Assembly (NCBI GenBank): GCA_963678315.1
Contig: OY782781.1
Coordinates: 2,912,001-2,976,000, forward strand
DNA from: Candidatus Cloacimonadales bacterium
GTDB taxonomy: Bacteria; Cloacimonadota; Cloacimonadia; Cloacimonadales; JAFGVF01
DNA: 64,000 nt
Reading direction: 5' to 3'
In this document: piece after piece, positions 1 to 10,408 of the stretch
Numbering within the stretch: position 1 is the first letter of the stretch
Layout of the letters: each line of letters opens with the position of its first letter
Position numbers and translations under genes: made by a program
The notes under the pieces: model-generated
Told to the model about the DNA's origin: nothing
Database searches by the model: none
What the model saw: only the letters and a program-made list of their open reading frames with translations

Positions 1-2
1 AA

Positions 3-1748
3 GCTAGAGTTACTGATGTAGACCTTAATGTGCAGTTTTACCCAGAAAAACTGGACGCTGGTGTATCTGGAACTTTAATCTTAAAAAATAAAACACAAGC
101 ACCTATTGATTCATTGCTTTTTTATATTAATGAAAGCGATGATTTCACAAACTATACTATTGATAGAGAATTCCAAGAGTTGATTCATGATGATAATTAT
201 GGTTTATATCTTGTAAAACTGTCTAATAGCTTAGAAGTTGGAGATTCCTTAACTTTTACTTTTGAAGATTATCATAAGCATAAGGGTTATGAAGTTGATA
301 CTCATATATGTGAAAATGGCTCATTTGTTAATAGTAGTATGTTTATGCCTAGTTTCGGTTACTCAGACGCTTATGAATTAGGAAATAACGAACTTCGTAG
401 GAAATATGGTCTTGCTCCCAAAGAAAGAATGGCTGAAACTGATGATCTTGAAGCAAGAGGAAACACTTATATTTCAAACGACTCTGATTGGGTTAACTTC
501 AAGGCTACTGTTGGTACAACAGAAGATCAGATTGCTGTAGCTCCAGGATATCTTACAAAGACTTGGCTTGAAAATGGTAGAAAGCAGTTTTCATATGAAA
601 TGGATATGCCGATACTCAAATTCTTTTCATTTGTTTCAGCTAGATACGAACTTGCAGAAGATAAATGGGTTTCAGATTCTGGTAAAGAAGTTAAACTAGA
701 GATATATCATCATAAGGGTCACGATTACAACCATAATTCAATGTTCAAAGCTCTTAAAATGGGATTAAGTCACTATTCTAAGATCTATATGGAATACCCT
801 CATAAACAAATGAGAATTCTTGAGTTTCCAAGATATGCAACTTTTGCTCAATCCTTCCCTAACACTGTACCTTACTCAGAAGGAATAGGCTTTATTGCTG
901 ATGTTGAAGACCATGATGAACAAGATTATCCTTTCTTTGTAACAGCTCATGAATTAGCTCATCAATGGTGGGCTCATATAGTTATTGGAGCTAATGTACA
1001 AGGTGCTGTACTTATGAGTGAAGCTCTAGCCCAATACTCAGCATTATCTATTATGGAACAAGAATATGGTCAAGTTAAGATGGGAGACTTCCTTAAGCAT
1101 GAACTTTCTTCTTATATTAATGGGAGATCTTCTGAAGGCTCTAAAGAACAACCACTCTCCAAAGTAGAAAATCAGCAGTATATTCACTACAATAAAGGTT
1201 CTGTTGTGATGTTTGGTCTTAAAGGCTACATTGGTGAAGATAGAGTAAATGCAGCCCTCAAGGAAGTTGTGGATAAATATAAGTATCAAGAACCACCATA
1301 TATTAACTCTACAGAATTCTTGGAATGTATCTATAAACAAGTACCTGATTCTCTACAAAGCTTTGCTCATGAGCTATTCGAAGACATTGTCCTTTATAAC
1401 AACTCTATCAAAGATGTTCAAGTTACTGAAATTGGAGATAAGTTCAAAGTAGATATGACTTTTGAGTGCCACAAGGTCAGAGCCGATTCTATTGGTAATG
1501 AAACCGAGATAGCTATGGATGATTGGGTTGAAGTACTTGTCTTTAATGAGCAAGTAATTAACAGTAAGAAACAAAAGACTATTGCCAACCCGGATAATAG
1601 ATGGTTTAAGCTACAAAAGGGCGAAAACAGAGTATCAATTATAGTAGAAGATAAGCCTGTTGAAGCTGGAATTGACCCTTTCTTTAAACTACTCGATAAA
1701 ACTGTCTACAACAACAGAAAATTAATACACTCAATAAAAAAAGGATAA
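3..1748 (+). CDS. M1-family zinc aminopeptidase domain protein, 5'-truncated by the window (probably the C-terminal part of an ABC-permease/M1 peptidase fusion)
   Basis: HELAH zinc motif with downstream SEALAQY glutamate and YNKG; the frame is open back to position 3 (ARVTDVDLNV). Confidence 0.85.
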   Translation, partial: ARVTDVDLNVQFYPEKLDAGVSGTLILKNKTQAPIDSLLFYINESDDFTNYTIDREFQELIHDDNYGLYLVKLSNSLEVGDSLTFTFEDYHKHKGYEVDTHICENGSFVNSSMFMPSFGYSDAYELGNNELRRKYGLAPKERMAETDDLEARGNTYISNDSDWVNFKATVGTTEDQIAVAPGYLTKTWLENGRKQFSYEMDMPILKFFSFVSARYELAEDKWVSDSGKEVKLEIYHHKGHDYNHNSMFKALKMGLSHYSKIYMEYPHKQMRILEFPRYATFAQSFPNTVPYSEGIGFIADVEDHDEQDYPFFVTAHELAHQWWAHIVIGANVQGAVLMSEALAQYSALSIMEQEYGQVKMGDFLKHELSSYINGRSSEGSKEQPLSKVENQQYIHYNKGSVVMFGLKGYIGEDRVNAALKEVVDKYKYQEPPYINSTEFLECIYKQVPDSLQSFAHELFEDIVLYNNSIKDVQVTEIGDKFKVDMTFECHKVRADSIGNETEIAMDDWVEVLVFNEQVINSKKQKTIANPDNRWFKLQKGENRVSIIVEDKPVEAGIDPFFKLLDKTVYNNRKLIHSIKKG

Positions 1749-1750
1749 AA

Positions 1751-2449
1751 ATGAAAAAGATTATAATCTCATTAATAATGCTAACTGCATTATTCTCATT
1801 ATATTGTAAAGAAATCAATGACCAATTGTGGCTGAAAGCAGTTCAACTTAAACGTAATGCAAAGAACTACTATGCTTCAAAAACTACTTTCCAGACTATC
1901 CAGAAAGATAAGAGAGGTAATGAAAAGGAAAAGAGTGTAGTAACTCTGAAATATATTGAACAAGATGGTAATATTATTACTAAATTTGTTGAAGGCTACC
2001 AAGATGGAAAAGCATTAACATCCGATGATAAAATGGTAGAAAGTTATATGCAGACACCTGCTAATATTGATGATGGTCAAGGTTTCTTCTTTACCAGAAC
2101 ATCTGACTCTTTCAAGTTAAAAAGGAAAGGTTCAGAAGTAATTAATGGTGACAACTATATAAAATTCTGGATTGAACTTGAAAAAGAAGAGGATGGTGAA
2201 GAAATAGATATAGAAGGATATATCTGGATTAATGAAGAAACTGGGGTTCCCTTGAAGAGTGTTCTTGATCTTGATCCTCATAAAATTATGGTCAAAAAAA
2301 TAACAATGACTAATCGCTATCAATTAGTTGACCAAAATAAATTATGCATTTACGATACAAGCTTGGATATTGTAGCAAGTATGGTCTTAAAGAAGTTCTA
2401 TATTACTCAAAGATCAAGCCACAGTGATTTTAAATTGCTTGGACAATAA
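1751..2449 (+). CDS. secreted hypothetical protein
   Basis: 232-aa ORF with MKK-hydrophobic signal peptide, 2 nt after the peptidase stop. Confidence 0.7.
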   Translation: MKKIIISLIMLTALFSLYCKEINDQLWLKAVQLKRNAKNYYASKTTFQTIQKDKRGNEKEKSVVTLKYIEQDGNIITKFVEGYQDGKALTSDDKMVESYMQTPANIDDGQGFFFTRTSDSFKLKRKGSEVINGDNYIKFWIELEKEEDGEEIDIEGYIWINEETGVPLKSVLDLDPHKIMVKKITMTNRYQLVDQNKLCIYDTSLDIVASMVLKKFYITQRSSHSDFKLLGQ

Positions 2450-2553
2450 TATATATATCATTCGCTGTAATTGTACATTGATTACAGCCAGTGCTATTAG
2501 ATGATATCAAAAGATCTCATCGTGTTTTCTCTTTTTTATTAATACAATAAAGC

Positions 2554-2587
2554 AAAAAAAAAGAGCCTTGGCAAAACCAAGGCTCTT
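2554..2587 (-). terminator. intrinsic terminator
   Basis: AAGAGCCTTGG/CCAAGGCTCTT stem preceded by an A-tract (U-tract on minus strand), between convergent genes. Confidence 0.75.
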
Positions 2588-2686
2588 CTATAGGAACAAA
2601 AATCCTACAATAATATTATATTTTTATCATTTACCATACTTCTAAAAGTCCATTTACTAGGATTAAAGAAGCAGGTTCAGATGATA

Positions 2687-4186
2687 CTATTTCATTAAGA
2701 TCATTTTCTTAGTTCCACTATATTTTCCATTTGTCATTTTGTAGAAATATAATCCTGAAGAAACTTTATTATTGTTATTATCTCTACCATTCCAAACAAC
2801 TTTATGGTTTCCAAGTGTTTGAGGAGAATTAACTAAAGTATTAACCAATTGACCTTTAACATTATATATTTCAATTGATACATTTTCATTATAATTAACA
2901 TTATAAGAGATAGTTGTTTCAGGGTTAAATGGATTTGGATAGTTATCAATCAAGCCAATGTGAGAAGCTACATCTTCTAAATCTTCATTAGCAACAGGTT
3001 CTGATAATAGGTTAAAAGTAACTTCAACGTTAGACATTTGATGACCACCATCACCATAACTATCAGCAATATTAAGTATCCATTCACCAATAGGATCTTG
3101 ACCAACAAAATCATATAATGTGATATCTAGAGCTGTAGGGTTAGTATCAGAAGCGTTGAAGAGTGTTAAGACCTCTCCACTTGGTGATTGAAGTGTTAGT
3201 GAACCTTCAGATGGGTAGTCCACAGATGTCCATGTTCCTGTTAAATGAATAGAAACAATAGGATCTTGAACATAAATAAAGAATGAAGTCCAACCTAAAT
3301 CTGCAAAAGAATTACTAAATGGTGCAGTATTATTTGGGTAAGCTGCTTGAGCAGGACTATCATCAGCAGTATTAATTACTGCTTCAGTTTGATCTTCACT
3401 AGGAACAGCCATTACTGAGATAACATAGTCTAAGACTTCACCAGATGAAGAACCTTGGATTGAAACTGTGAATGAACCCATAGTAGCAGTAGTTTCAATA
3501 GTTAACTCTGTACCTGTAATTGTAGCAGAAATAGCTTCATCATCAGAAACTTCTGTTACAGTATATTCAACAGGGTCACCTAATGGATGATACATGAGAC
3601 CGTCTAGCTCGATATTTGTTGTTGAAGTAAGCTCAAGTACTTGAGCAGGAATTGATCCTGTATAATGAATATGTGAAAAAGTAGCAACTGCACCTGGCAC
3701 TGCTGCTTGGGCACTTGACCATTCGTTCTCACCATACATTAAGATATTACCAGCCCCGATAACTGCGAAGAATGGTACATAACCATTACCAAATGCAGAA
3801 TATTGAGCATCTAGTTCTGGTGCATAAGGAAGGTTAGTATGGCCTTGAGCACTCCAATCGTGTGCTGTTAATAAATAAACTTCATCTGCGTTTTGTTCTG
3901 GAAACCAAGTATTTAACTGCGGCGCCGCCGCAACACAACCTGATCAACCAGGTGAACCCCAGAAAAAGACAACAGCTTTTCCTGAGTTAGTTACTTGACT
4001 TAGTGATGTAGATTCACCATTTAAAGTCCATGTAAAATCATCAACAATCTCACCAACTCCATAAGCACGGGAGTTAATCACTACATCAGCATCCTTATAT
4101 TGCTTAGGACTGATAGGTGTAAATGATTGACCGATTAATGAAAATGTTGTTAAAATCACAAAAATGGTAATTACAAATTTTTTCAT
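2687..4186 (-). CDS. secreted selenoprotein candidate (~499 aa): signal peptide, thioredoxin-fold redoxin with UxxC, proprotein-convertase P-like domain, FlgD/T9SS-type C-terminal domain; in-frame TGA at 3944-3946
   Basis: ORFs 3944-4186 and 2687-3739 share one frame; the 68 intervening codons have no stop; reads FFWGSPG-U-SGC...NGYVPFF; GC-rich hairpin just after the TGA. Confidence 0.85.
3918..3943 (-). promoter_or_regulatory. bacterial SECIS-like hairpin
   Basis: After TGA: TCAGGTTGTGT-TGCGGC-GGC-GCCGCA; perfect GC stem with a G-initiated loop 17 nt after the TGA, made of GCG GCG GCG CCG codons atypical for this AT-rich DNA. Confidence 0.7.
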
Positions 4187-4230
4187 GTAATCTCCTATTT
4201 AGTTATTCCTTAGATTTTCTAAGTTATCCT

Positions 4231-4259
4231 AATATAGAACTATTTGCATATAATGTCAA
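4231..4259 (-). promoter_or_regulatory. sigma70-type promoter
   Basis: TTGACA-17 nt-TATATT on the minus strand upstream of the ATG at 4186. Confidence 0.55.
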
Positions 4260-4741
4260 TCTATTTTATCCTTCTTTTAACATTGATAAAATTGCTATCT
4301 AAACAATTAATTAACAATTATTTAAATAAATAGCATTAAAACAACTAGAGTTTTCCTAAAATAAAACAAAGAATAAAAAAGTTGGTGTTTAGCTTCTAAC
4401 TTTCACAAACAAAGTGGAAATGTTGCAGAAAAACAACAAAAACTTTATTAGTATTGAGACATACTAAATAAAACTTACATTCTAACATCTATAACTGTTT
4501 TTAGTGCCCAGTAATTTTGCAAATCACATATTCATGCTGAACAGCTTAGAATTAATAAATTAAAAAGCTGTTGAAGATTATTGTAGACCTAATTCAAATA
4601 TAGTGCCATATTATATCATAGCTAATCAACCTTATATCACATTTTTTTAGGATAACTCATAATTATACTTTACATCTTTGAGATCTCATTGTATACTAGT
4701 TATTAGATAAGACTGATTATAATAATATAAGGAGTTGAAAA

Positions 4742-7198
4742 GTGAAGAAAATAATTCTATGTATTCTATTTATAATTATTGGATTGCTGTATGCCCAAGG
4801 AACTATGCCTCAAGGACAAGGGACTGAAGAAAATCCTTTTTTAGTAACAAGTTTAGATAATCTTAGGTATATTTCTGAGCATGAAGATATGTGGCTAAAC
4901 AAGCACTATCTACAAACTAATGATATTGATGCATCTGATACTGAAAATTGGAATGATAGTACTGGTTTTGACGGATTTGGAGAACTTGAAGTATTTTATG
5001 ATGAGGAGGATGATGATGAAAGCTATCATGAATATCATTATTTTGATTCAACATATTCAGGAAATGGATTCACAATATTTAACTTATATTCACACAGATC
5101 AATGGCAAGTTTTATTTCATTGTTGGGAGAGAATGGAATTGTGGAAAATTTAAACTTTTCTTCTCCAGAGATTATTGGTAGCAACTATTCAGCCGTCATT
5201 GCTGCACATTGTAATGGTCTTGTAAGGAATTGTAATATAACTGATGCAAATGTTGTATGTATGAGAGTTGGATTTGTTACAGCCTTATTGAGTGGAGATG
5301 GAAAAATAATAAACTGTGATATTGAGGGAGAAATTGCTGGCTATAGCAATTATCCGGGTACTGGTATAATTGCAGGTTATGTTCACGATGGTCAGAGCAA
5401 CACAGGTCAAATGATAATAGATTGCAGTGCTAGAGTAATATTTGGAGATGACACAATTTCTAACCAACCATTTGTTAAAGGTCTCATTGGAAATGATAAG
5501 TATAAAACAGTAAAAAATTCCTATTATTGCATCGAGAACAATGATGAAACAAGTTCTAACTTTACTGGGTTTGGAGGCATAAGTGAAGAACTATTTCAAG
5601 AATGGCTAGATAATGGCAAAGAACTACAAATAAACAATTATCTGACTCATGATGGGGATGATTATATTATTGATAGCCCTAATGATTTCGAGTATGTCAG
5701 AGCTTTTTACGATACAACACTGACTTATAGTATCTCGAATGATTTAGATTTTTCACTATACCCTAATCTAAATATTCCATATACTCGATCTTCTTTCGAA
5801 GGTAATAATCACACCATTTGCAATATTACATTTGATTCAGATAACTTATATGTTGCACCAATAGGGATTTTTAGAGGAGAATATTTTCAGAATTTAAATG
5901 TTTCAGATGGTAATGTTATCGGGTATAAGTATGTATCACTCTTAATAGCAGATAATTATGGAAATGTTTCTAACTGTCATGTTACCGGAAATGTAACAGG
6001 TCAATATTTTGTAGGAGGTATGATTGGAAATTCTGTTAGGAGAATAAATACTTCAGTTTTGGATTGCTCTGCTAATGTTACCATAGTTGGAGAAAGCTGG
6101 GTTGGAGGATTATTAGGTTGTGGAGTTGCAACAAATTGTAACGCTTATTCTGTTATAGATGCTAGCAGTTTTGTTGGAGGTATGATAGGAGTTGGGTGCG
6201 CTATAAATTGTAACGTTGAAACAGAGCTAAGTGGTTCTTCTCGTATTGGGGGCTTATTGGGGGTTGGTTATGCTACTGCTTCATCATCAATAGGGACTAT
6301 TGAAGGTGTAGTAAATATCGGAGGGCTCATAGGATATGTCAACAATTATGAATCAGCAAGTACGAATATTTCAGAAGATATCGAAAGATTGGAAATCATG
6401 GAAAACAATTTTTCAAGCTGTGAAATATCAGGAGTCTCCGAAATTGGAGGATTATATGGTTATGTAAAAGGTATTTATGATATTATTATTAAAGATAGCT
6501 ATTCTATTGGTCAAATAAATATTTCATCAAGGTCATATTCTAGTAGTCAAATAAACTCAGGTGGATTTATAGGTGAAACTTTTCAAGATGATATTGAAAT
6601 AAGAGATTGTTACACTGCATCAGAAATAGTCTATCCTTTAAATGAAATTGAAGATATATCATCTATTTCAGCTTTTATCGGCAATTCAACAGAAGAAATT
6701 GATATTTATAATTGTTTCTGCAGCGAAGAAATTGCAGGAGTTCCTGCACACAACGGGGCTAATAATGTAACTATAGCTGAACTTCACAATATAAACACTT
6801 ATCTTGATGTAGGATGGGATTTTGCTAACACATGGACTATTGATAGTGAAGCAAATGGTGCTTATCCTTACTTAAGAATTCACCAAGCTACTCCAAACAT
6901 AGAAGAAGAAGTAGAACATATCCAAGTATCTAATATTCTAAAATCAGCTTATCCAAATCCTTTTAATCCAGAAACTACTATCGAATTTACAGTAAAAGAT
7001 GATGAGATGGCTTCCCTAAAAATATACAACATTAAAGGTCAGCTTGTGAAAAATTTTGATATATTTGAATCAGGTGAGCATAAAATTGTTTGGCAAGGTA
7101 CTAACAACAAAAATAAGAGAGTAGCTTCTGGTTTATATCTATACAAATTAGAATCTAAAAATTCATCTCAGATTAAAAAAGTACTAATGATTAAGTAA
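4742..7198 (+). CDS. secreted GLUG-repeat (beta-helix-like) protein with FlgD/T9SS-type C-terminal domain
   Basis: Signal peptide, GxGTEENPF motif, repeated VGG(L/M)(I/L)G motifs, AYPNPFNPETTI tail. Confidence 0.8.
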   Translation: MKKIILCILFIIIGLLYAQGTMPQGQGTEENPFLVTSLDNLRYISEHEDMWLNKHYLQTNDIDASDTENWNDSTGFDGFGELEVFYDEEDDDESYHEYHYFDSTYSGNGFTIFNLYSHRSMASFISLLGENGIVENLNFSSPEIIGSNYSAVIAAHCNGLVRNCNITDANVVCMRVGFVTALLSGDGKIINCDIEGEIAGYSNYPGTGIIAGYVHDGQSNTGQMIIDCSARVIFGDDTISNQPFVKGLIGNDKYKTVKNSYYCIENNDETSSNFTGFGGISEELFQEWLDNGKELQINNYLTHDGDDYIIDSPNDFEYVRAFYDTTLTYSISNDLDFSLYPNLNIPYTRSSFEGNNHTICNITFDSDNLYVAPIGIFRGEYFQNLNVSDGNVIGYKYVSLLIADNYGNVSNCHVTGNVTGQYFVGGMIGNSVRRINTSVLDCSANVTIVGESWVGGLLGCGVATNCNAYSVIDASSFVGGMIGVGCAINCNVETELSGSSRIGGLLGVGYATASSSIGTIEGVVNIGGLIGYVNNYESASTNISEDIERLEIMENNFSSCEISGVSEIGGLYGYVKGIYDIIIKDSYSIGQINISSRSYSSSQINSGGFIGETFQDDIEIRDCYTASEIVYPLNEIEDISSISAFIGNSTEEIDIYNCFCSEEIAGVPAHNGANNVTIAELHNINTYLDVGWDFANTWTIDSEANGAYPYLRIHQATPNIEEEVEHIQVSNILKSAYPNPFNPETTIEFTVKDDEMASLKIYNIKGQLVKNFDIFESGEHKIVWQGTNNKNKRVASGLYLYKLESKNSSQIKKVLMIK

Positions 7199-7240
7199 AA
7201 TATAAGAATTAATGCCTTATATTAATCAAAATTAATAAGC

Positions 7241-7957
7241 CTAATAATTGACTTGCTCTGTAAGCTTTGCTTCATACTTCTTAGAAAAGAAGCCTGCAAT
7301 AGCGGCACCTAATATTGGAGCTAGCCAGAATAACCACAGCTGTTTTAAAGCCCATGTCCCCTGAAATACTGCTGTTCCTGTAGATCTTGCAGGGTTAACA
7401 GATGTACCAGTTACAGGCAAACCAACTAAAATTACTAGGGTTATTGTAATTCCAATGATGAAAGGAGCTATTTTCTTATTAGCTTTAGTGTTAGTGGAAC
7501 CAAAAATCACAAACAAGAACAATCCTGTAAGCAGAACTTCTGTAACAAATCCAGCTAATAGAGAAAAATTCTTGGGTGAGTTCACTCCATAGCCATTACA
7601 AGCAAAACCTGATTGTTCAGCATGAAAATTTGGAATACTTTGTGCGACTACATAGATACAAAATCCACCGACAATAGCACCAAGTACCTGCACCAAAATA
7701 TATGGTAACACTTCTTTTTTATGCATTCTCCCACCTACCCACATAGCAACAGTTACTGCTGGATTAAAATGAGCACCAGATATGTTTATGAAAGCTGTAA
7801 CAAGTAAGAAAACAGTTAAGACTGTTATTAAAGCAGTCCCATAATAGCCCAATCCTCCCTCAATAAATTGGGGTGCAAATAAACCACTTCCACAGGACGA
7901 AAAGACAAGAAATAATGTTCCAAAGAATTCAGCACTTAATCTATTAGACAGATTCAT
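7241..7957 (-). CDS. aqpZ: aquaporin Z (MIP family)
   Basis: ISGAHFNPAVT and TSVNPARS NPA motifs, ACNGYG..SP loop, QLWLFWLAPILG; start placed at the ATG with a GGAG RBS. Confidence 0.9.
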   Translation of the reverse strand: MNLSNRLSAEFFGTLFLVFSSCGSGLFAPQFIEGGLGYYGTALITVLTVFLLVTAFINISGAHFNPAVTVAMWVGGRMHKKEVLPYILVQVLGAIVGGFCIYVVAQSIPNFHAEQSGFACNGYGVNSPKNFSLLAGFVTEVLLTGLFLFVIFGSTNTKANKKIAPFIIGITITLVILVGLPVTGTSVNPARSTGTAVFQGTWALKQLWLFWLAPILGAAIAGFFSKKYEAKLTEQVNY

Positions 7958-8133
7958 TATATTCTCCAATGCAATATGTGATATAGCAATAATTTTGTAT
8001 TTGCGTAATTGGGCAAATAGTATTGTGTTAAATAATCTTAATAATTGTCTTAAGCTTATTAATTTTTCTAACTAAAAATGCAGTTTATATTTATATTTCC
8101 TTAGATAGTAAGTTTTCTGGGACAGCTATCGAA

Positions 8134-10389
8134 CTATATAAGACTAGATTGCTTATCGATAATACTAAACCCAAGGCTTTTGTATGCTTTCTTACGTTTA
8201 TTATACATTTTACTTAGTCTTTCAATATTGCCATCAACATAATCATAAACTTCGATAGATGTTTTATTCTCGTAAGTTCTAACTATTCTGCCAATATATT
8301 GATTAAGTGTTCCTTTCCAAGAAATGGGAAGAGCTAGAAATAGAGTATCAAGAATTGGTAAATCAAATCCTTCTCCTATATATTTACCAGTAGCTATTAT
8401 TATAAATTTATCATTAGAGCTAAGTGATGCTAGTTTATTCTTAGTCGTTTCTTTAGCCTTTGTCTTCATGTTGCCTTTGAGAACAATTATCTTGTCACAT
8501 ATTGGCGATAACTTCTCTTCAAGTATTTTTAGATGTGATACTCGCTCTGTTAATAAAAGAGGCTTTCTTCCTTTATCTAAAGCTTGAGCTATATCATTAC
8601 ATATTTTATTATTTCTATTAAAATCTTCTGACAAAATAGATAATTGCTTAGCTAAAGTAATATTTCCATCTACAGCATTTGAACCTGTTTCTATTTTATA
8701 AGCTATCATAGAATCAAATGATAGTTTAGTTGTAGATCTATATTTGATTTGACCACACTGCATGAAGACTATTGGATGATGTCCATCTTTTCTATTAGGT
8801 GTTGCAGACATTCCCAATATGTATTTAGCTTTTGACTTCTTTAAAATATTTTCAAAAGTGAAGGCAGCTATATGGTGGCATTCATCTATAATTATCTGTC
8901 CATATTGATCAATATTTTGAGCTGAAACATTCTTAAGAGTCTGGATCATAGCTATGTCAATTTGTAGTGTTTGGTTTGATTTTGTAGCACCTAGAGTGCC
9001 AATTTCGCATCCCGCAGTAAATATCTTTAATTTTTCTTTCCATTGGTTAAGAAGCTCAGTTCTGTGAACTAATATCAGTGTATTAACCTTTCTTTCGCAT
9101 ATTATTTTTGTAGCTAATACAGTTTTTCCAAAACCTGTAGAAGCGCACAAAACCGACATTTCATGCTTTATAAGTTCATTAAATGCCTGAACTTGTTTAG
9201 GAAACAACTTCCCTTGGAAACTACAATCAATCTTCTTTCCTTTGTTTCTCTGGTCATGAATTACATACCTTAACTTATTAGATACTATCGTCTCAATAAC
9301 TTTTTCATATAGTCCTGTAGGTAAACAAAGCATTTGGGGAAGGTTATTACCACATTGAATAAATCTTGGTATTTTATGAGTGGAACGCCTGGAAGCTTGT
9401 GCTATGTAAAACTCAGGATTAGAAAACACTGCTAGTTGAAGTAATTTATGATATAGATGCTTCGGTAACCCATTCTTACTAATATAAATTTGGTTTGAAA
9501 GAATAATACTAATCTTCTGTCTTTGATTAGTATCACATACTGGAATTATTATCTCCTTATTTCTGAGAATATCATCAACATCATTCTTAGTTAATCTATT
9601 TACAAGAGATAAATAAGCCCATTGGTCTTTAAATGGTTTAAATTCAGTATCAACAAATACAGAACCATTAAAGGATCTAGCTCTTTTTTGCAATGGGAGT
9701 GCTATCAAGTTACCAAAACCACCCTCTGGCAAGTAATCTTGATTTGGAAACATTCTATCATAAGATTCAAGATCTAGTAAATTACCGGTCTTCAGAGTCT
9801 CCGATATGATATGAGCACCTAATTTTCTTGCCAGTAAAGCTGTAATATCTTCTGAAAAGAAAATCCATAAGTGTGCACCTTTACCAGAACGTGATATTTC
9901 TATAGATGAAGGAATATTTAGTAGCATACAAGTTGAATAAACTGCTAATACATCTTTCTTCCAGTCTTTTTTATCAAAGTCAATTGCTAAGAATCTACAG
10001 CAATCATTATCCATTATTGGATATATTCCTACAACAATAACTCCTGAAAGATGATTATATATCACTCTATCACTTATTGGCTTGAAGTCTCTGTATTGGC
10101 AATTAACACATTTGATTTTGGGAAGACCACATTTAGGTTTTACCCATTTGTTATTACAGACTGGAGAATATCCAGATACACCTTTATTTTCCCATCTTTG
10201 AGCAAAAAAGTCTTCTCTACCTTTAAACAAAGAACGAAACAGTTTAATTTTATCTTCAGTTGAACTTAAATTATTAATTACCTTAGACTTTCTTGCAAGA
10301 ATTTCTTGGTTTTCAGAAAGACCTAACAATTTTCTAAGATATTTGTTTTCTTCTTCAAGTTGTTTGATTCTTTGTTTTAAGGAGTCCAT
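8134..10389 (-). CDS. AEP primase-like domain fused to an SF2 (DEAD/DEAH, ResIII-like) helicase; TOTE-conflict-system-like architecture
   Basis: LAIDFD and SRSGKGAHLW primase motifs, GNLIALPLQ; STGFGKT Walker A, DECHH, SATP, GEGFDLP helicase motifs. Confidence 0.8.
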   Translation of the reverse strand: MDSLKQRIKQLEEENKYLRKLLGLSENQEILARKSKVINNLSSTEDKIKLFRSLFKGREDFFAQRWENKGVSGYSPVCNNKWVKPKCGLPKIKCVNCQYRDFKPISDRVIYNHLSGVIVVGIYPIMDNDCCRFLAIDFDKKDWKKDVLAVYSTCMLLNIPSSIEISRSGKGAHLWIFFSEDITALLARKLGAHIISETLKTGNLLDLESYDRMFPNQDYLPEGGFGNLIALPLQKRARSFNGSVFVDTEFKPFKDQWAYLSLVNRLTKNDVDDILRNKEIIIPVCDTNQRQKISIILSNQIYISKNGLPKHLYHKLLQLAVFSNPEFYIAQASRRSTHKIPRFIQCGNNLPQMLCLPTGLYEKVIETIVSNKLRYVIHDQRNKGKKIDCSFQGKLFPKQVQAFNELIKHEMSVLCASTGFGKTVLATKIICERKVNTLILVHRTELLNQWKEKLKIFTAGCEIGTLGATKSNQTLQIDIAMIQTLKNVSAQNIDQYGQIIIDECHHIAAFTFENILKKSKAKYILGMSATPNRKDGHHPIVFMQCGQIKYRSTTKLSFDSMIAYKIETGSNAVDGNITLAKQLSILSEDFNRNNKICNDIAQALDKGRKPLLLTERVSHLKILEEKLSPICDKIIVLKGNMKTKAKETTKNKLASLSSNDKFIIIATGKYIGEGFDLPILDTLFLALPISWKGTLNQYIGRIVRTYENKTSIEVYDYVDGNIERLSKMYNKRKKAYKSLGFSIIDKQSSLI

Positions 10390-10408
10390 AATATCTTCAT
10401 GTTAATGG

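Noticed and set aside
3944..3946. Genome-wide TGA reassignment or simple nonsense mutation
   Set aside because: TGA ends other genes here (21896, 51181) and Trp is TGG; the UxxC context plus hairpin favours selenocysteine, though a pseudogene is not formally excluded
7970..8133. att-site duplication of the ssrA 3' end at the far island boundary
   Set aside because: No copy of TGGTGGAGGTGGCGGGAG found by eye
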